64,000 nucleotides of DNA from Octopus bimaculoides (taxonomy: Eukaryota), in the NCBI RefSeq assembly GCF_001194135.2, contig NC_068988.1, positions 5,453,084-5,517,083 on the forward strand, read 5' to 3'. Positions 51,830 to 64,000 of the stretch are shown here, in pieces. How positions within the stretch are numbered: the stretch's first letter is position 1; every line of letters begins with the position of its first letter. The translations under genes and the position numbers were made by a program. A model generated the notes under the pieces. It had not been told where the DNA came from. It saw only the letters and a program-made list of their open reading frames with translations, and did not search any database.

Positions 51830-54600
51830 AATCAGGTGACTCTGCTAGCCAGATTGATTTCATTCTCACCAGAAAACAGGATTCATGCTTGCTCTTAAAT
51901 ACAAAGACCCTCCCTGGTGAAGAATGTACGCCCCAACATAGACTAGTTATTAGTGACTTTAGACTCGAGGCCAGAAGGATGCCAAAAAGTAGACTAATCT
52001 GGAAAAGGACTTGGAAGGTTAAGAACCCTTCACATGGTCAGATGTTTAGGGATATCTTTACCGAGAAATTTGAGGAGAGAGCAGAGGAGCTACAGTCCTG
52101 TGACACAGAAGGCAGCTGGGAAGTCCTGTAAGACAGCTTGCTGAGTGCCTCAGACCAAATCTGTGGCTGGTGCAATGTCCCTCCCAGACCTAGGGTGACG
52201 TGGTGGTGGAACAATACTGTAGATAGGGCCATTAGAGCAAAGAAACAGGCCTGGAAGAGTGGGGGTAGCAGGGGACTGTATCAGATAGCCAAAAGGGAAG
52301 CTGGGAGACAGGAAATATATAGCCAAGGAAGTAGCGGAAAAGAAGTTTGCCAATGTTCAGCGATGTGAGGAGCAAATAACTGAAGTATTTCGGATTGCAA
52401 GACAATGTGTGAGAGAAAACCGTGATGTCATGGGAGAGAAATGTTCCCGTACTCATGATGGTGCCATTGCGTTTAATGATTCTGCAAAGAAAGAGGCTTG
52501 GAGATGCCATTATGAAAGACTGCTGAATGTGGAGAATGAATGGGAGGAGGAGGAGGATTGTCTGCCAAAGGTTGACCCAATTGAGGGACCAGCTATCCGA
52601 ATTGACATTACCCCGGTACTTAAAGCAATTAAGGATATGAAGACAGGGAAAGCACTTGGCACATCAGGAATCACTGCTGGGATGCTTAAAATATCAGGTG
52701 GTGTGAGTTATGGTCTTGTCACCCGCATTGTAAATCAGGTAGTTCATGAAGGAGTCATACCCAATGACTGGTGTGGCAGCACCATAGTCAACTGCTACAA
52801 GGGTAAAGGTGATGCTCTAGATAGAAATAACTACAGGGGTATCAAATTATTGGATCAGGTGATAAAAGTTACAGAGAGGGTCATAGCCCAACTAATTAGG
52901 GAGAGAGTTAGCCTAGATGAGATGCAGTATGGTTTTGTGCCAGGCAGAAGCACCACTGAGGAAACTACAGGAGAAAGCCTTTGACAGGGACCCCAATCTC
53001 TTATCTGGTCTATACAGAAACTGGGAATAGACAACAAGCCTTGTACAGGGATGCTATCAGTAAGGTGAGAGTTGGCAACGAGTATAGTGTAGAATTCCAG
53101 ATAGAAGTAGAGGTTCACCAAGGACCAGTCCTCAGGCCCCTCTTATTCATCATAGTCCTCCAGGCAATAACAGAGGAATTCAAGACAAGCTGCCTCTGGG
53201 AGCTCCTCTATGCTGATGACTTTGCTGTAATAGCCAAGTCAATGCTAGAACTAGAGACAAAGGACCTTAGGGTTAACCTAGCAAAAACCAAAGTCTTAGT
53301 AACTAGGAAGGCTGACAAATCACAAACCCCTTCAGGTAGATGGCCCTACTTGATCTGTAGAAAAGGCATAGGTAGAAACTCCATACAATGTACCTGGTGC
53401 AAGCTATGGATACATAAAAGGTGCAACAATATCAAAGGAAGGCTAACTGGGAAGATAGTTTTTGTGTATGACAGATGCATAGGGGCAATAAACACTGAAA
53501 ATGTACAGCAAACAGATTCCATCACTGTGAGGGAAAAAAACTGGAAGTAGTTGATAGCTTCTGCTACCTAGGCGACAAAGTCTGTAGTTGGGGTGGTTGC
53601 TCTGAGAGTGTAGCAGCTAGAATGAATAAGAATAGCTTGGGCAAAGTTCAGGGAGCTCCTACCTCTGCTGGCAACTGAGGGTCTCTTGCTCAGGATGAAA
53701 GGTAGACTGTATCATGCAAGTGTGCAAACAGCCATGCTACATGGCAGTGAAACATGGGTCGTGACTGCTGAGGATATGTGTAGGCGTGAGGGAAATGAAG
53801 CTAGTATGATCTGCTGGATGTGTAATGTCAGTGTGCATACGCGACAGAGTGTAAGCACCTTGAGAGAAATGTTGGACATAAGAAGCATCAAATGTAGTGA
53901 GAAGAGAGATGACTGTGCTGGTATGGTCATGTGTTACATATGGATGAGGGCAGCTGCGTGAGGAAGTGCCACTCCCCAACTGTGGAAGGAACCTGTAGAA
54001 GAGGTAGACCCAGGAAGACATGGGATGAGGTGGTGAAGCATGACCTTTGAACTTAGGAGATATGCTGTGATTGAGAAGACCCAGCAACTAAAGTGAGATT
54101 GCAGCCATGGTTGATGCTAGTGTCATTTGATCAAATCACTTAAACGCATCTTTAGAATGAGATAACCATCTTCCATATGATTTTTACTATCAAATAGAAA
54201 CAGGAGCCCTATTTATTTAATTTAATATACCATGACAGGCCCATTTAAGAGTACCCTTAATGTGTCGGGCAATATGATATGCTCAAGAAGACCTGTTGAG
54301 TCAAGTAAAACCAAAATCGTAGCTGTGGCCAGTGGCCCCTGACTGGCTCCCTTGCCAGTAGCACGTAAAAAGCACTATCTAAATGTGATTGATGCCAGGC
54401 TCGTCTGACTGACTCCTGTGCCAGTGGCACGTAAAAAGCACCCACTACACTCTTGGAGTGGTTGGTGTTAGGAAGGGCATCCAGCTGTAGAAACCTTGCC
54501 AGATCAGATTGGAACCTGGTGCAGCCGCTGGCTCTCCAGACCTCAGTCAAAGCGTCCAACCCATGCCAGCATGGAAAACGGATGTTAAACGATGATGATG
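51830..54600 (+). mobile_element. Long degenerate RTE LINE (APE end, RT, C-terminus, 3' UTR) antisense in the HAUS1 intron
   Basis: GEECTPQHRLVISDF, NYRGIKLL..VTERVI..QYGFVPGRST, LLYADD, GRPRKTWDEVVKHDL; (ATG)n tail near 54590; internal deletion in RT near 52975. Confidence 0.92.
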
Positions 54601-55609
54601 TTGCAAACACTGTTTCTCTGATGATATTTGTTTACAACTAGCACCCAAAGTGAAAACAAGTAGATACAAATACATATATATATATATACCCTCAGGCCTT
54701 CAAAGCAGGCTATCCACATGCTAGAAATAGCAGCCAAATCTCACAAGACTGCGATAACATAATGTAATCTACCTACTCAGTTTTTTGCAAAGATTTCTTT
54801 CAGAGTAATTTCCCAGAATAATATGACAAAGTAATTCATGTGAAATTAAAGTTTTTTTTTGTTTTTTAACTTCTTTTAAAACTTTTTTTCGAATTTTTTC
54901 CATCAATCTACGTGGGAAAATACGGAGATTAAGAATATGAAAAACATAAATTTAAATTTATTTTTTTCAGAATCGTAATCTTCGTATTCCGCAGAAGACA
55001 AAAAATTTCCGGAAAAAGTGAGAAATGAAGGGTGGGGGAATTTAAATTTTGAAAGGTCATACATCGGCTTGAAAGAAATGAAGCGAGTATGATCCGCTGG
55101 ATGTATAATGTCAGTGTGTATATATGACAGAGTGTGAATGCCCTGAGAGAAAAGTTGGATGGAAGCAGCATCAAATGTAGTGTGCAAGAGGGACGACTAT
55201 GGTGATGTGTTGAGTATGAAGACAGTTGTTCTTATTAAATGTGGAGAAAGGCTTATTTTCGAGGAAATGGAACGTGTATAAAACATGGTTTGCTTGAAAT
55301 ACCGAAACGAAATATTGTTTACAAGAGAGGTTGACTCCAACATCATTAATATATATTAAAATATTTTAAATCCCCCATACTGAACGATTACCATGGTTTT
55401 AATTAAATACTTTATTTCATTCAATTTGCCATAAAGGCATTTAATTAAATACTTATTTACTCACCTCCTCTCGTAATATACATACTTCGCTCGAAAATAA
55501 GCTGTGATTTTTAATATTTAGTTTTCAAACTTGCAAGTGCAGAGTTAGAACTTTCAATCGTAATTAGTTTTGTACATAATTTTGTAAGAAAACAAAAAAT
55601 AATTCATAC

Positions 55610-56229
55610 TTAACGCCTGTTTGAGTTAATTTCTTGTTCTCTTGGTTAAACCGATTTTTATAGGAATTGTTCTTTGACGCATAATATTTACTCATTTTCA
55701 TCTCTTCTTCTAATTTCGAAGAGGTCATTCTTTGACGTAAACAGTCAGTTGTTTCTATGAGTTGTTCGTTATCAATTTGGCCACTGCTGGAGGAATTCAA
55801 GTCGAAAAGGCTTTGCTTGTGAGCGATGCAATCATTCTTCAACAGAGCAACTTTTTGGTGCAAATACATTAATGCCATTATATAACAATTGTCACTGAAA
55901 TTATCATTAATTTGATTCGAAAACAGTTTCTGGGCAAGTGTGGTCAATGTTTTCAGATTACTGAAGCCAGACGTATTTAGTTGAGAAGGAACAACGCCAA
56001 GATATTCTGTGGCTATTTTGTAATACAACATTTCTTGTCGGTACTCGAGGATTTTGTCATTTAAATCGGATAATCTTAACGCATCGTTCTTCTTTGAAAT
56101 TTTGTTTATACACATCAGCTGCTTCAGTACACACAAACTTCGGTTATTAGCTTCATACAGATAATCCCCTTTTCCTAATATTTCTTGAAGCCATTCTTCA
56201 ATTTCAAACGAATCTCCAACATCCGACAT
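55610..56229 (-). CDS. HAUS1: HAUS1 first coding exon (620 nt)
   Basis: EIEEWLQEILGKGDYLYEANNRSLCVLKQL...LSDLNDKILEYRQE matches human VAAWLKKIFG...YEVNPRTTEILHHL...EDLKQKASEYESE. The phase-2 GTATGA donor at 55609 joins 51362 in frame; 281 aa total. Confidence 0.85.
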
Positions 56230-56483
56230 GATTAATTGCAATCAAAATTTAAATCCCGCGCCGTTGCAAGTGCGCATGACAGGAATTACGTCATCGACAT
56301 CAGGTGCGCGTGCTGGTAATTCAGAACTGGAATCTGAGGTTAGTGCCAACATTCTAGCCTAGAGTCTAACTTTTTTTTATATTTAAAGGCAAATTATAAA
56401 TATGATGGGGCAAAGTTTCAGGCTGGATCTTTCTGAATTGACGGGCACCACTTTTTATTTATGTTTTATTTAATGTGTTTTCT

Positions 56484-56590
56484 GGAGGCGCAATGGCCCA
56501 GTGGTTAGGGCAGCGCACTCGCGGTCATAGGATCGCGGTTTCGATTCCCAGACCGGGCGTTGTGAGTGTTTATTGAGCGAAAACACCTAT
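56484..56590 (+). mobile_element. tRNA-derived SINE head (3'-truncated)
   Basis: A box TGGCCCAGTGG and B box GGTTTCGATTCC. No tRNA acceptor stem; truncated by a CAGGGTG-type DNA transposon end at about 56595. Confidence 0.7.
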
Positions 56591-57039
56591 ATATACAGGG
56601 TGCTGTGAATTAATTGCTGTCTAAATTACGCAAAAATGAAAATAGCACTGACATCTCATTTTAACTGATATATTTACCAAAATTACATAAAAATATCTTG
56701 AAATACTAAAGAATACATTTGTAAAAGTTTGATAGTTGTCATAGAGACTTTAGTCTCTCTCTATCACCTTTTAACAGCATTATAAATGAAGAGACATCGG
56801 AACAATTAACAACATAATAAAAAGGTTTTATTTATGATGATGCTTGGTTTCACAATTCCTGTCATTCTACTGAGCCGCCGCTGATTAAATTGTAGGTTTG
56901 GTAATGGAAGGTTAAGGTCTTCCTTGATGCCTGCCAGAGAACAGTGTAAAAGGGCTTCGTGGAGGAGCGAGGTGTTGTTACGTAGAAGGTCTGAGCTCAA
57001 CTCACCGAGATAATGAAAGTAACTGCTTAAGTACGAGTT

Positions 57040-57105
57040 TTACTACGCATGCGCAACTCGAGGGGCTTCCGGTGGTGAAGTCCCCTGCGCATGCGCAGAA
57101 TAGTA
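57040..57105. promoter_or_regulatory. CpG-rich putative HAUS1 promoter with two NRF1-type motifs and an ETS-type site
   Basis: CGCATGCGCA 57046-57055, perfect TGCGCATGCGCA 57086-57097, CTTCCGG 57066-57072; minus-strand donor G|GTGAGT at 57006/57005. Confidence 0.5.
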
Positions 57106-57164
57106 CTTCCTCAATGGCAGCTATAATTTTGCGCCACTACACATTTATTCTATAAAATCGCCAT

Positions 57165-58305
57165 TAGCTTCAACCAAGCCTCAAGAAGACTTCGGAATCT
57201 CCTGCGACTCTTCTGGACGGTCTCCTCGTTCAAGTTGGAGAATGTTGCTATAATCCTTGCCTTCAGGTCAACATTGGTATTACAAGGAATTTTGTTGATT
57301 CCACGTCCAACTGTTCCCCATACATAGTAACCCAGGGTGTTGCAATCTCTGGAGTTTTTAAAGGGTGATGTGGTCTGGCCACATTTTAGGGGCGATGTGG
57401 TCGGAGAAACTGTCTGGCAACTATGATTAGGTTCTCCTGCTTGTGTGGAGGGTGAAGGGTCCTGTTGCTACCCACTTGACCCAGATCAGCACTACCTCCT
57501 CCGGGCACTCGATGTAGCTTCTGAGGCCGTGTTGGAAGATGAATGGAGGCATTACGTCGCCATCACTAGTGATTACTCCAGACACCATGATGTTCACTGG
57601 AGGCTTGATTTTTATCACTCTCGGTACGTTTTGGTGACACGGTTGGGGACAAACCAACGGTATTTCTATGTGTTAACCATCTAATCCTGGCAGGATTTTT
57701 TCTCGTCTGATAAAAACCAATGCTTCTTCAGTTGGAGAAAATACTTGAGTTTGTTCAGAATCTTCGTAGCGCGGTCTTTCCTCTTTTCCTTGATGTTTGG
57801 GTTAAAAATTCGCTCTTTCTCATCTTGTATGAAGAATACCGAATGTTTTCATGCACTACCTGCTTGAGTAGAGACTGAGATACTCTCATGACTCTGGCGA
57901 TGGACCTGTTTGATTTGGAGGGATCGTTTTCAATCATGGCATGGATATGACTAACAAATTCGGGATTTCTTTTCTGATCAGAACCATCAGCGTGAGATTA
58001 CCGATCTGCTGTACCTTCGTAATCACCTTTAGACTCATCCAACTTTTTCCGAATCCTCTGCACTGTCTTCAGATTGACACGCAAGCACTCTGAAATATTC
58101 GTATTGGAGCTTCCGGCGCGAATGCCAAAGAGTACAGCATTTCGTTTCCAAATTACTCGCAGAGTAAATTGCACCATGGGGCTGTTTTTCTCACACACGA
58201 TACCCAACTGGCCCTACCATACTGTGTAGTTGGCAAAATAAAAAAACAAACAATGCTCATGCGTGAAATTAAAAATATCGAATCGCGACAATTTACCCAC
58301 CGTAT
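57165..58305 (-). mobile_element. Degenerate Tc1/mariner-superfamily (maT/DD37D-like) transposon
   Basis: AVLFGIRAGSSNTNISECL, DPSKSNRSIAR...HENIRYSSYKMRK, KPPVNIMVSGVITSDGDVMPPFIF. Confidence 0.8.
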
Positions 58306-58317
58306 CACATATATATT

Positions 58318-58659
58318 TACTAGCAGAGATACCCGGCGTTGCCCGTGTTACATGCAATTGAAGAATGAGACTTTTCTGTTATATTTTCTGTAAGGAACTG
58401 GAATACATATGATTCGAATTTCATCAAAATTATACATGAGGGTTCTTTCCCTTTTTACACACCCTAAAAAATTCTAATCATGAGACATGTATCCCATACT
58501 ATTGATCTTTATGCGCATATTCCAAAATTTCAGTCTTCTGGAACCTGTAAGTTAAACATTTTTTTTGACTAAAACACAACCGGGACCCTAAGTAAGGCAA
58601 GTATAAAATTTGAATGAAATTGGTTGCGTAGTTCTCGAGATTTAGGGATTCACACAGAC

Positions 58660-58702
<43 letters not shown>

Positions 58703-58730
58703 CACATTCTCATTTTTATATATATAGAGA
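58318..58730 (+). mobile_element. Helentron/DINE-1-like nonautonomous element
   Basis: 5' ACTAGCAGAGATACCCGGCGTTGCCCG, internal (GACA)n microsatellite, 3' cattctcatttttatatatataga. Confidence 0.7.
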
Positions 58731-59852
58731 TGTACATATATAAACATATAGTTCATATTTATATAAAAGAATAAAAGGAAAATGGAGATTGCTCAGTCAT
58801 TAATTGTTTATTAACTGCAAATTAATCCCTTATAGATATATATAAACACACGCATACAGAATCACACACACACACATATGTACATATACACGATGATATG
58901 TATATACACACACATCACATACGTATTCTTTCATCTTCTTTGGCAACTTCAAAAAACGAATGAGTGCATATTGATTATTCTTGTAACATCAACATAAACG
59001 ATTATATTGTTGACAAAGTTTAACAGATGTATGATGCAATGGTAAATATACCCATTTGCTATCACTTAGGCACTTTTTCATTGAAGTCTATGCAATAGAG
59101 GTGTGTTAATTGTCGTTCAAGAAGATATTATTAAGTGTTGATAGGAAAACTAAATACAGAGAACACTTCCGCCCATGTTTATCGAATTATAATAAGGAAG
59201 AAAATATTAACTTCTTTTACAAGAAAATGTCATTCATTTACAGAAAGTCACACATGCACGTGCGCACACAAACAGAGGCCACTGGAAGCTATATATTTAG
59301 TTGTCAATTCTGTTATATCATAGTGGAAAGAACGTATATACTAACGCCTGCTAAATTTTATTTCCATTTGCAGAAAGAAGATATTTCATAACAATTAAGA
59401 GCTCAACATTACCTTCATAATCTAACAGTCTAACATCTACTTATAGGAGAAAATAATTTTCTTATATGTTGAGTCTAAAATTAATATTTGAATTCATTAA
59501 AGGAAGCATATCGGAATCAAATTTTGCCTCAATACCTTTGATAATTACATTATTTCAATTGGTTTCAGTTTAACGGGAAGAGTCACACATGTGGTCTCCT
59601 TTATATATACATATACAATAATCCTTTGAGATCTCAGAAACTTTTTCTGAATCTCCCTGATTCTTTTAATGTGTTTGTTCCCTGGTATTAACTTGATATT
59701 AATTAATATCTAATTTTTTACCCTACTATTTTAATTTTATAAATATATATATATACATACACACAGATATACGTTAAGCCACTTAGAAAGACTATTCAAG
59801 ACATTAAGAAATAAAGCGTGCGTCTTCTTTTCTACCGGTTTCAGTTGCCGAT

Positions 59853-60683
59853 ATGTCATCTCTTTTTGAAGTTGACGGAACTGGAGAAAATATGAAAACA
59901 AATGAAACACGGTTCATGAAATTGCTAGAATTTCATCGGAAAATTAATATTATTACGAAATCACTGATAAATGTCCCATCACTGAAATCACTCAAATTTA
60001 AAACAATCTGTTTTTATTGCGTTTATCTAGTGTATTGTATATATTTGATTGTAAGACCCATTCGTGACATAGCGCACTTAATACGTCAGAATAATAGCAA
60101 TACTGATGAAATATTTGCAAATATTTACAAAATATTTGCCCAGTGTTTCTTTTCTCTCTATTGTTTGACGAAAATGTTCAGCGAATCTAAAGACGAGCAA
60201 ATAATTGAAGCATTCAGTGGACTGACGGTCCAAGAAGACGATAGAAAATTCTATAATTCTACATTCATATTTTCCCATAAATCCCTCTATTTTATTATAA
60301 TGATACCTACCATGCATTACTTTATTATGGAANNNNNNNNNNNNNNNNNNNNNNNNNNNNNNNNNNNNNNNNNNNNNNNNNNNNNNNNNNNNNNNNNNNN
60401 NNNNNNNNNNNNNNNNNNNNNNNNNNNNNNNNNNNNNNNNNNNNNNNNNNNNNNNNNNNNNNNNNNNNNNNNNNNNNNNNNNTTAGTAAATGAATCATTA
60501 CAATTATGCACGGGATATATCGTAATTGGTAGTATTGCAGGATGTTGTATTGCAACTTACGGAATTATAAATGATTCATTTAGTAAGGCATTCGATATTT
60601 ACATTTATGCTACAATTCTTGTGGCTGCTAGCCTACTGGCTTTGATGATAATGGTTTGGAGAGGTGTTCGTTTAAACAAATCC
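59853..60683 (+). CDS. Multi-pass membrane protein, gustatory receptor-like (GRL/7TMIC) candidate; first exon, contains 150 N
   Basis: Open on both sides of gap 60333-60482, with five visible hydrophobic helices. The C-terminal part (CCIATYGI...LALMIMVWRGVRLNKS) resembles GRL TM5-TM6. Phase-0 GTAAGT donor at 60684. Confidence 0.6.
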
Positions 60684-62319
60684 GTAAGTTATATATTATA
60701 TTTCTATAATTCTCACATTTCATTATATCTATAATTCTCACATTTTGATAATAATTATTACATCATAAAAGCTGATAAATTGACAGACACCTGAAAGGTA
60801 CGATAGAATATAACGCTTCATTTCTCTAATCTGTTATTTTATTCCACCAACGCCCACCTTATTAATTATGTCTCTAGGTTGTATTAATAAAATACGCTTG
60901 AAATACTTGACAAAAATTAATCTCCCTCATTTGTCTTTTCCTGCTTCTGTTTTTCTTTTCTCAACCAGTCTCCCACTTTCTCCACTCTTTCCTTGAGACA
61001 TTGCAACAATATCTCGTAAGATGTGTTGTGAATAAGTCACACTAAATTTCGGTTCTGCCAGGATTGCAGGCAAATTTAGGTGAGGAATGCTATTCGTATA
61101 GACATACTGTCGCACGATCTCAATGATTATTTCATGAATAGTCAAACAGGCTGCAGTATCAAAATCAATCTTCGAGGTTTCAAANNNNNNNNNNNNNNNN
61201 NNNNNNNNNNNNNNNNNNNNNNNNNNNNNNNNNNNNNNNNNNNNNNNNNNNNNNNNNNNNNNNNNNNNNNNNNNNNNNNNNNNNTTTATATGAGCGTACA
61301 TATATGTGCATGTGTGTTAAACTGCTGAGGTCTAAAAAAAAAACAGGCTGCAATGCATTCTTCAGCTATTGGAAACTTAACTTTTTTCCTCACTGCACTA
61401 AAAAATATCAGACTACGCGACCAGAATACCACCAAGAGAATCCTTGGTGATTTGCTGTTGGAAACCCACCAAGATATCAGGAGGGACGGGCAATCAGCCC
61501 CACATAACAAAGCCAAGTGGCCTAATTTATTAAAATGATCCGATTTCCTGTGGGAAATGGGTTTTTAAGTGTGTGTATATGCTTGATGTTGTTTTTTAAT
61601 GATTTGTATGTGTAAGAAAATAGTATTGAAAGGAATATTCAAAGACAAAGAGTCTTCATATTATTAAAATACTTAGAATTAAAATAATATATTATAAGAA
61701 GAGCTTTTTCTAAGTTCATGCGATTTATTAAGAACACATTCCCATATATCGCTATATGTTTGTATGTATGGTGAATATAAGCTTACTGCTGTGGAGTTGT
61801 ATTTCTAAGGACCCATCTACTCCCTTTCAATTAATGCGTTCCGATTCCCCCTTCACTGTTTTCTGTATCTCTCTTTCTCCTTTACTCTCTCTCGTTGCTC
61901 ACACGTGACCATCGTCCATCTTTCTTTTCCTCAAGTGATATTACAGACTAGACGCATTCTTATTTGTCTCCTCTTCTATCTTTTCTCTTGTCAAAGACAA
62001 TATTCCATTCCTCCAGCGTTCGCTACTTCACCTCGTCTGGCCTAACGGCCCTCCATGTTTGTCTCCACTGTCCTGCTTTTGTTAACCAAATTGGATCCTC
62101 CGCAAATCCCAAATTTTATTTTGGTTCGCGGGTGCAACTGCCTTTTTGAAGACGCATATTATCATTAATTGCTCGGAATGAAGAGTAGATGGACAGCCGA
62201 CAACTGATGAAGGGTCGTTTTTTATGTTACTGTCTTGTTTTCCATTTGTTTCTCTCATTGTTCGCATGTAAAAAATGTTTTCGTATTTCATGTTGTTTAC
62301 GTTTTAATGATGTCCTGTA

Positions 62320-62373
62320 CTCATATATACATATATATATATGTAGAGATATGTATGTATGTATGTATGTATG

Positions 62374-62419
<46 letters not shown>

Positions 62420-62810
62420 ATTCTGTAAAGCTTAATTTAATCTTAATTTTTATAAATTGATTTTAATTGAGTTTTTACCTGTAACTTTGGATTTTGTCCT
62501 TAATATTATTATTATTATTATTATATATATATATAGAACAAATAATAAATGAGTATATGCATATATACGTGCAGGTATGTGCATACCCACGTCTACCTGT
62601 ATATATAGGTGCATATCTGGGTACAGGACATTGCAAAAACGTAGACAAGAAAATAATAATAACGAGAGTACAGAAAACACACAAACCACATAGAGAACAT
62701 TTTCCTTCATCAGCTACCCCCGTTTTAACACCGGCGTTATATATATATGTATATATGCATATATATTTATATTGTTATATGATCGAACGCTGCGCATCCA
62801 TTTCCAAGTA

Positions 62811-62872
<62 letters not shown>

Positions 62873-63559
62873 TATCTATCTATCTATCTATCTATATACA
62901 TATATATATACATATATATATATATGGAGAGAGATAGATTGATAGATAGATAGATCAATACATACATATATGTTTGTTCATGTGTGTGTGTTTGTGTGTG
63001 TATATATATGTATATATACATACATACATACATGGTGTATTGAACTGTGTTGTGTAAATCATGTAGAATATACATTTAATAATAACAGTTCTTCATTTGT
63101 ACACTTTTCGCATTAATACAAATTGAAGCTTTGTAAGATTCATAATGCCCGACCATATCTCATGTCTCAACAGGTCATTTGCTAAATAAACCACTTAACA
63201 TCCAAGAAACTTAAACAGACACACGCGCGCGCGCACACGCACGCACACACACACACACACACACACACAATAACTATATTTTCTATACGTGGAAGAAAGG
63301 AATAAATCGGATTATGCAAACACTCACACATACAGACACACACATGCACAGAAATCACACCCACGCACAAACATACACGCGTATTTATTTAAGGAGACAT
63401 ATGTAATTAATTATGTGACTTCCTTCAAATAAGATTACTGGGCCGACAGACTCACATTAATTTCAAATTAATGCTTCGTATCACTAATTCATATCAATGC
63501 AATATTGATATTTTACTTATCATCTTAAAAAAAATAATACGCATATATATTTATATATG

Positions 63560-63595
<36 letters not shown>

Positions 63596-63650
63596 CTTCT
63601 GCATGTGTATGTATGTATGTATGTATGTATATATGTATGTATGTATGTAG
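62320..63650. repeat. Microsatellite-rich tract ((TA)n, (ATGT)n, (CA)n, (TCTA)n)
   Basis: Directly visible simple repeats. Confidence 0.95.
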
Positions 63651-64000
63651 TCTTATAATATGCATTTAAATGTATGGGATATGTAAAAGATATTGGCTTA
63701 ATATAATACATACAGTTACAATAAGTCGTTAAGTAAGCACAGAAATGATTGGCTGTCCCATATAATATATGGCTTTTCGTTCAAAGGCGAGCGATCACGT
63801 ATATTGAGAGAAAATCAAAGTATTATTTGGACTTTCCTAACGAATACAATGCATAGACAACATTATATTAGGTGTTTTGAACTTTAAAATTTAATAATTT
63901 CTCATGTGTTGTTCATGACTGTTTGGTTTTATGTGGAGTTCATAGACGACCTTCGATATTAATCACAGTTAACCATAATAAAACATTTAAAGTTAATATC

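Noticed and set aside
56484-56560. tRNA-like sequence
   Set aside because: It has A and B boxes but no cloverleaf or acceptor stem, and continues into SINE body sequence.
56984-56995. AGAAGGTCTGAG resembling RNase P RNA CR-I; nearby GAAGTCCCC resembling RNase MRP
   Set aside because: No matching CR-V/P4 partner within the expected 250-350 nt.
56830-57000. C-box (ATGATGA) and D-box (CTGA) like motifs suggesting a C/D snoRNA
   Set aside because: They are antisense to the only plausible host intron (HAUS1), with no terminal stem or recognisable guide.
60927-61538. ORFs 60927-61301 (-) and 61353-61538 (+) as the missing GRL exon
   Set aside because: Neither gives a phase-0 continuation with TM7 features; one is inflated by an N gap.

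Overview
AT-rich animal genomic DNA with N gaps and TA/CA microsatellites. The repeat families suggest a coleoid cephalopod, probably Octopus (inference). I reconstructed four spliced housekeeping genes with open frames across GT-AG junctions: TRAPPC1 (+, 4 exons, 143 aa, intron 2 is a U12-type minor intron), MED28 (+, 4 exons, 202 aa), cyclin D (+, 5 exons, 286 aa) and HAUS1 (-, 2 coding exons, 281 aa). Near the right end is the first exon of a multi-pass membrane protein that resembles the gustatory-receptor-like (GRL/7TMIC) family. It is interrupted by an assembly gap and its last exon(s) were not securely found. The rest is dense with transposon remnants: RTE and CR1-like LINEs, tRNA-headed SINEs, Gypsy pol with a nested solo LTR, mariner, a Tc1/maT-like element, piggyBac, Helentron-type nonautonomous elements and several MITEs. 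Two related MITEs carry telomere-type TTAGGG repeats. All protein and repeat family assignments come from recall of known sequences, not from database searches.
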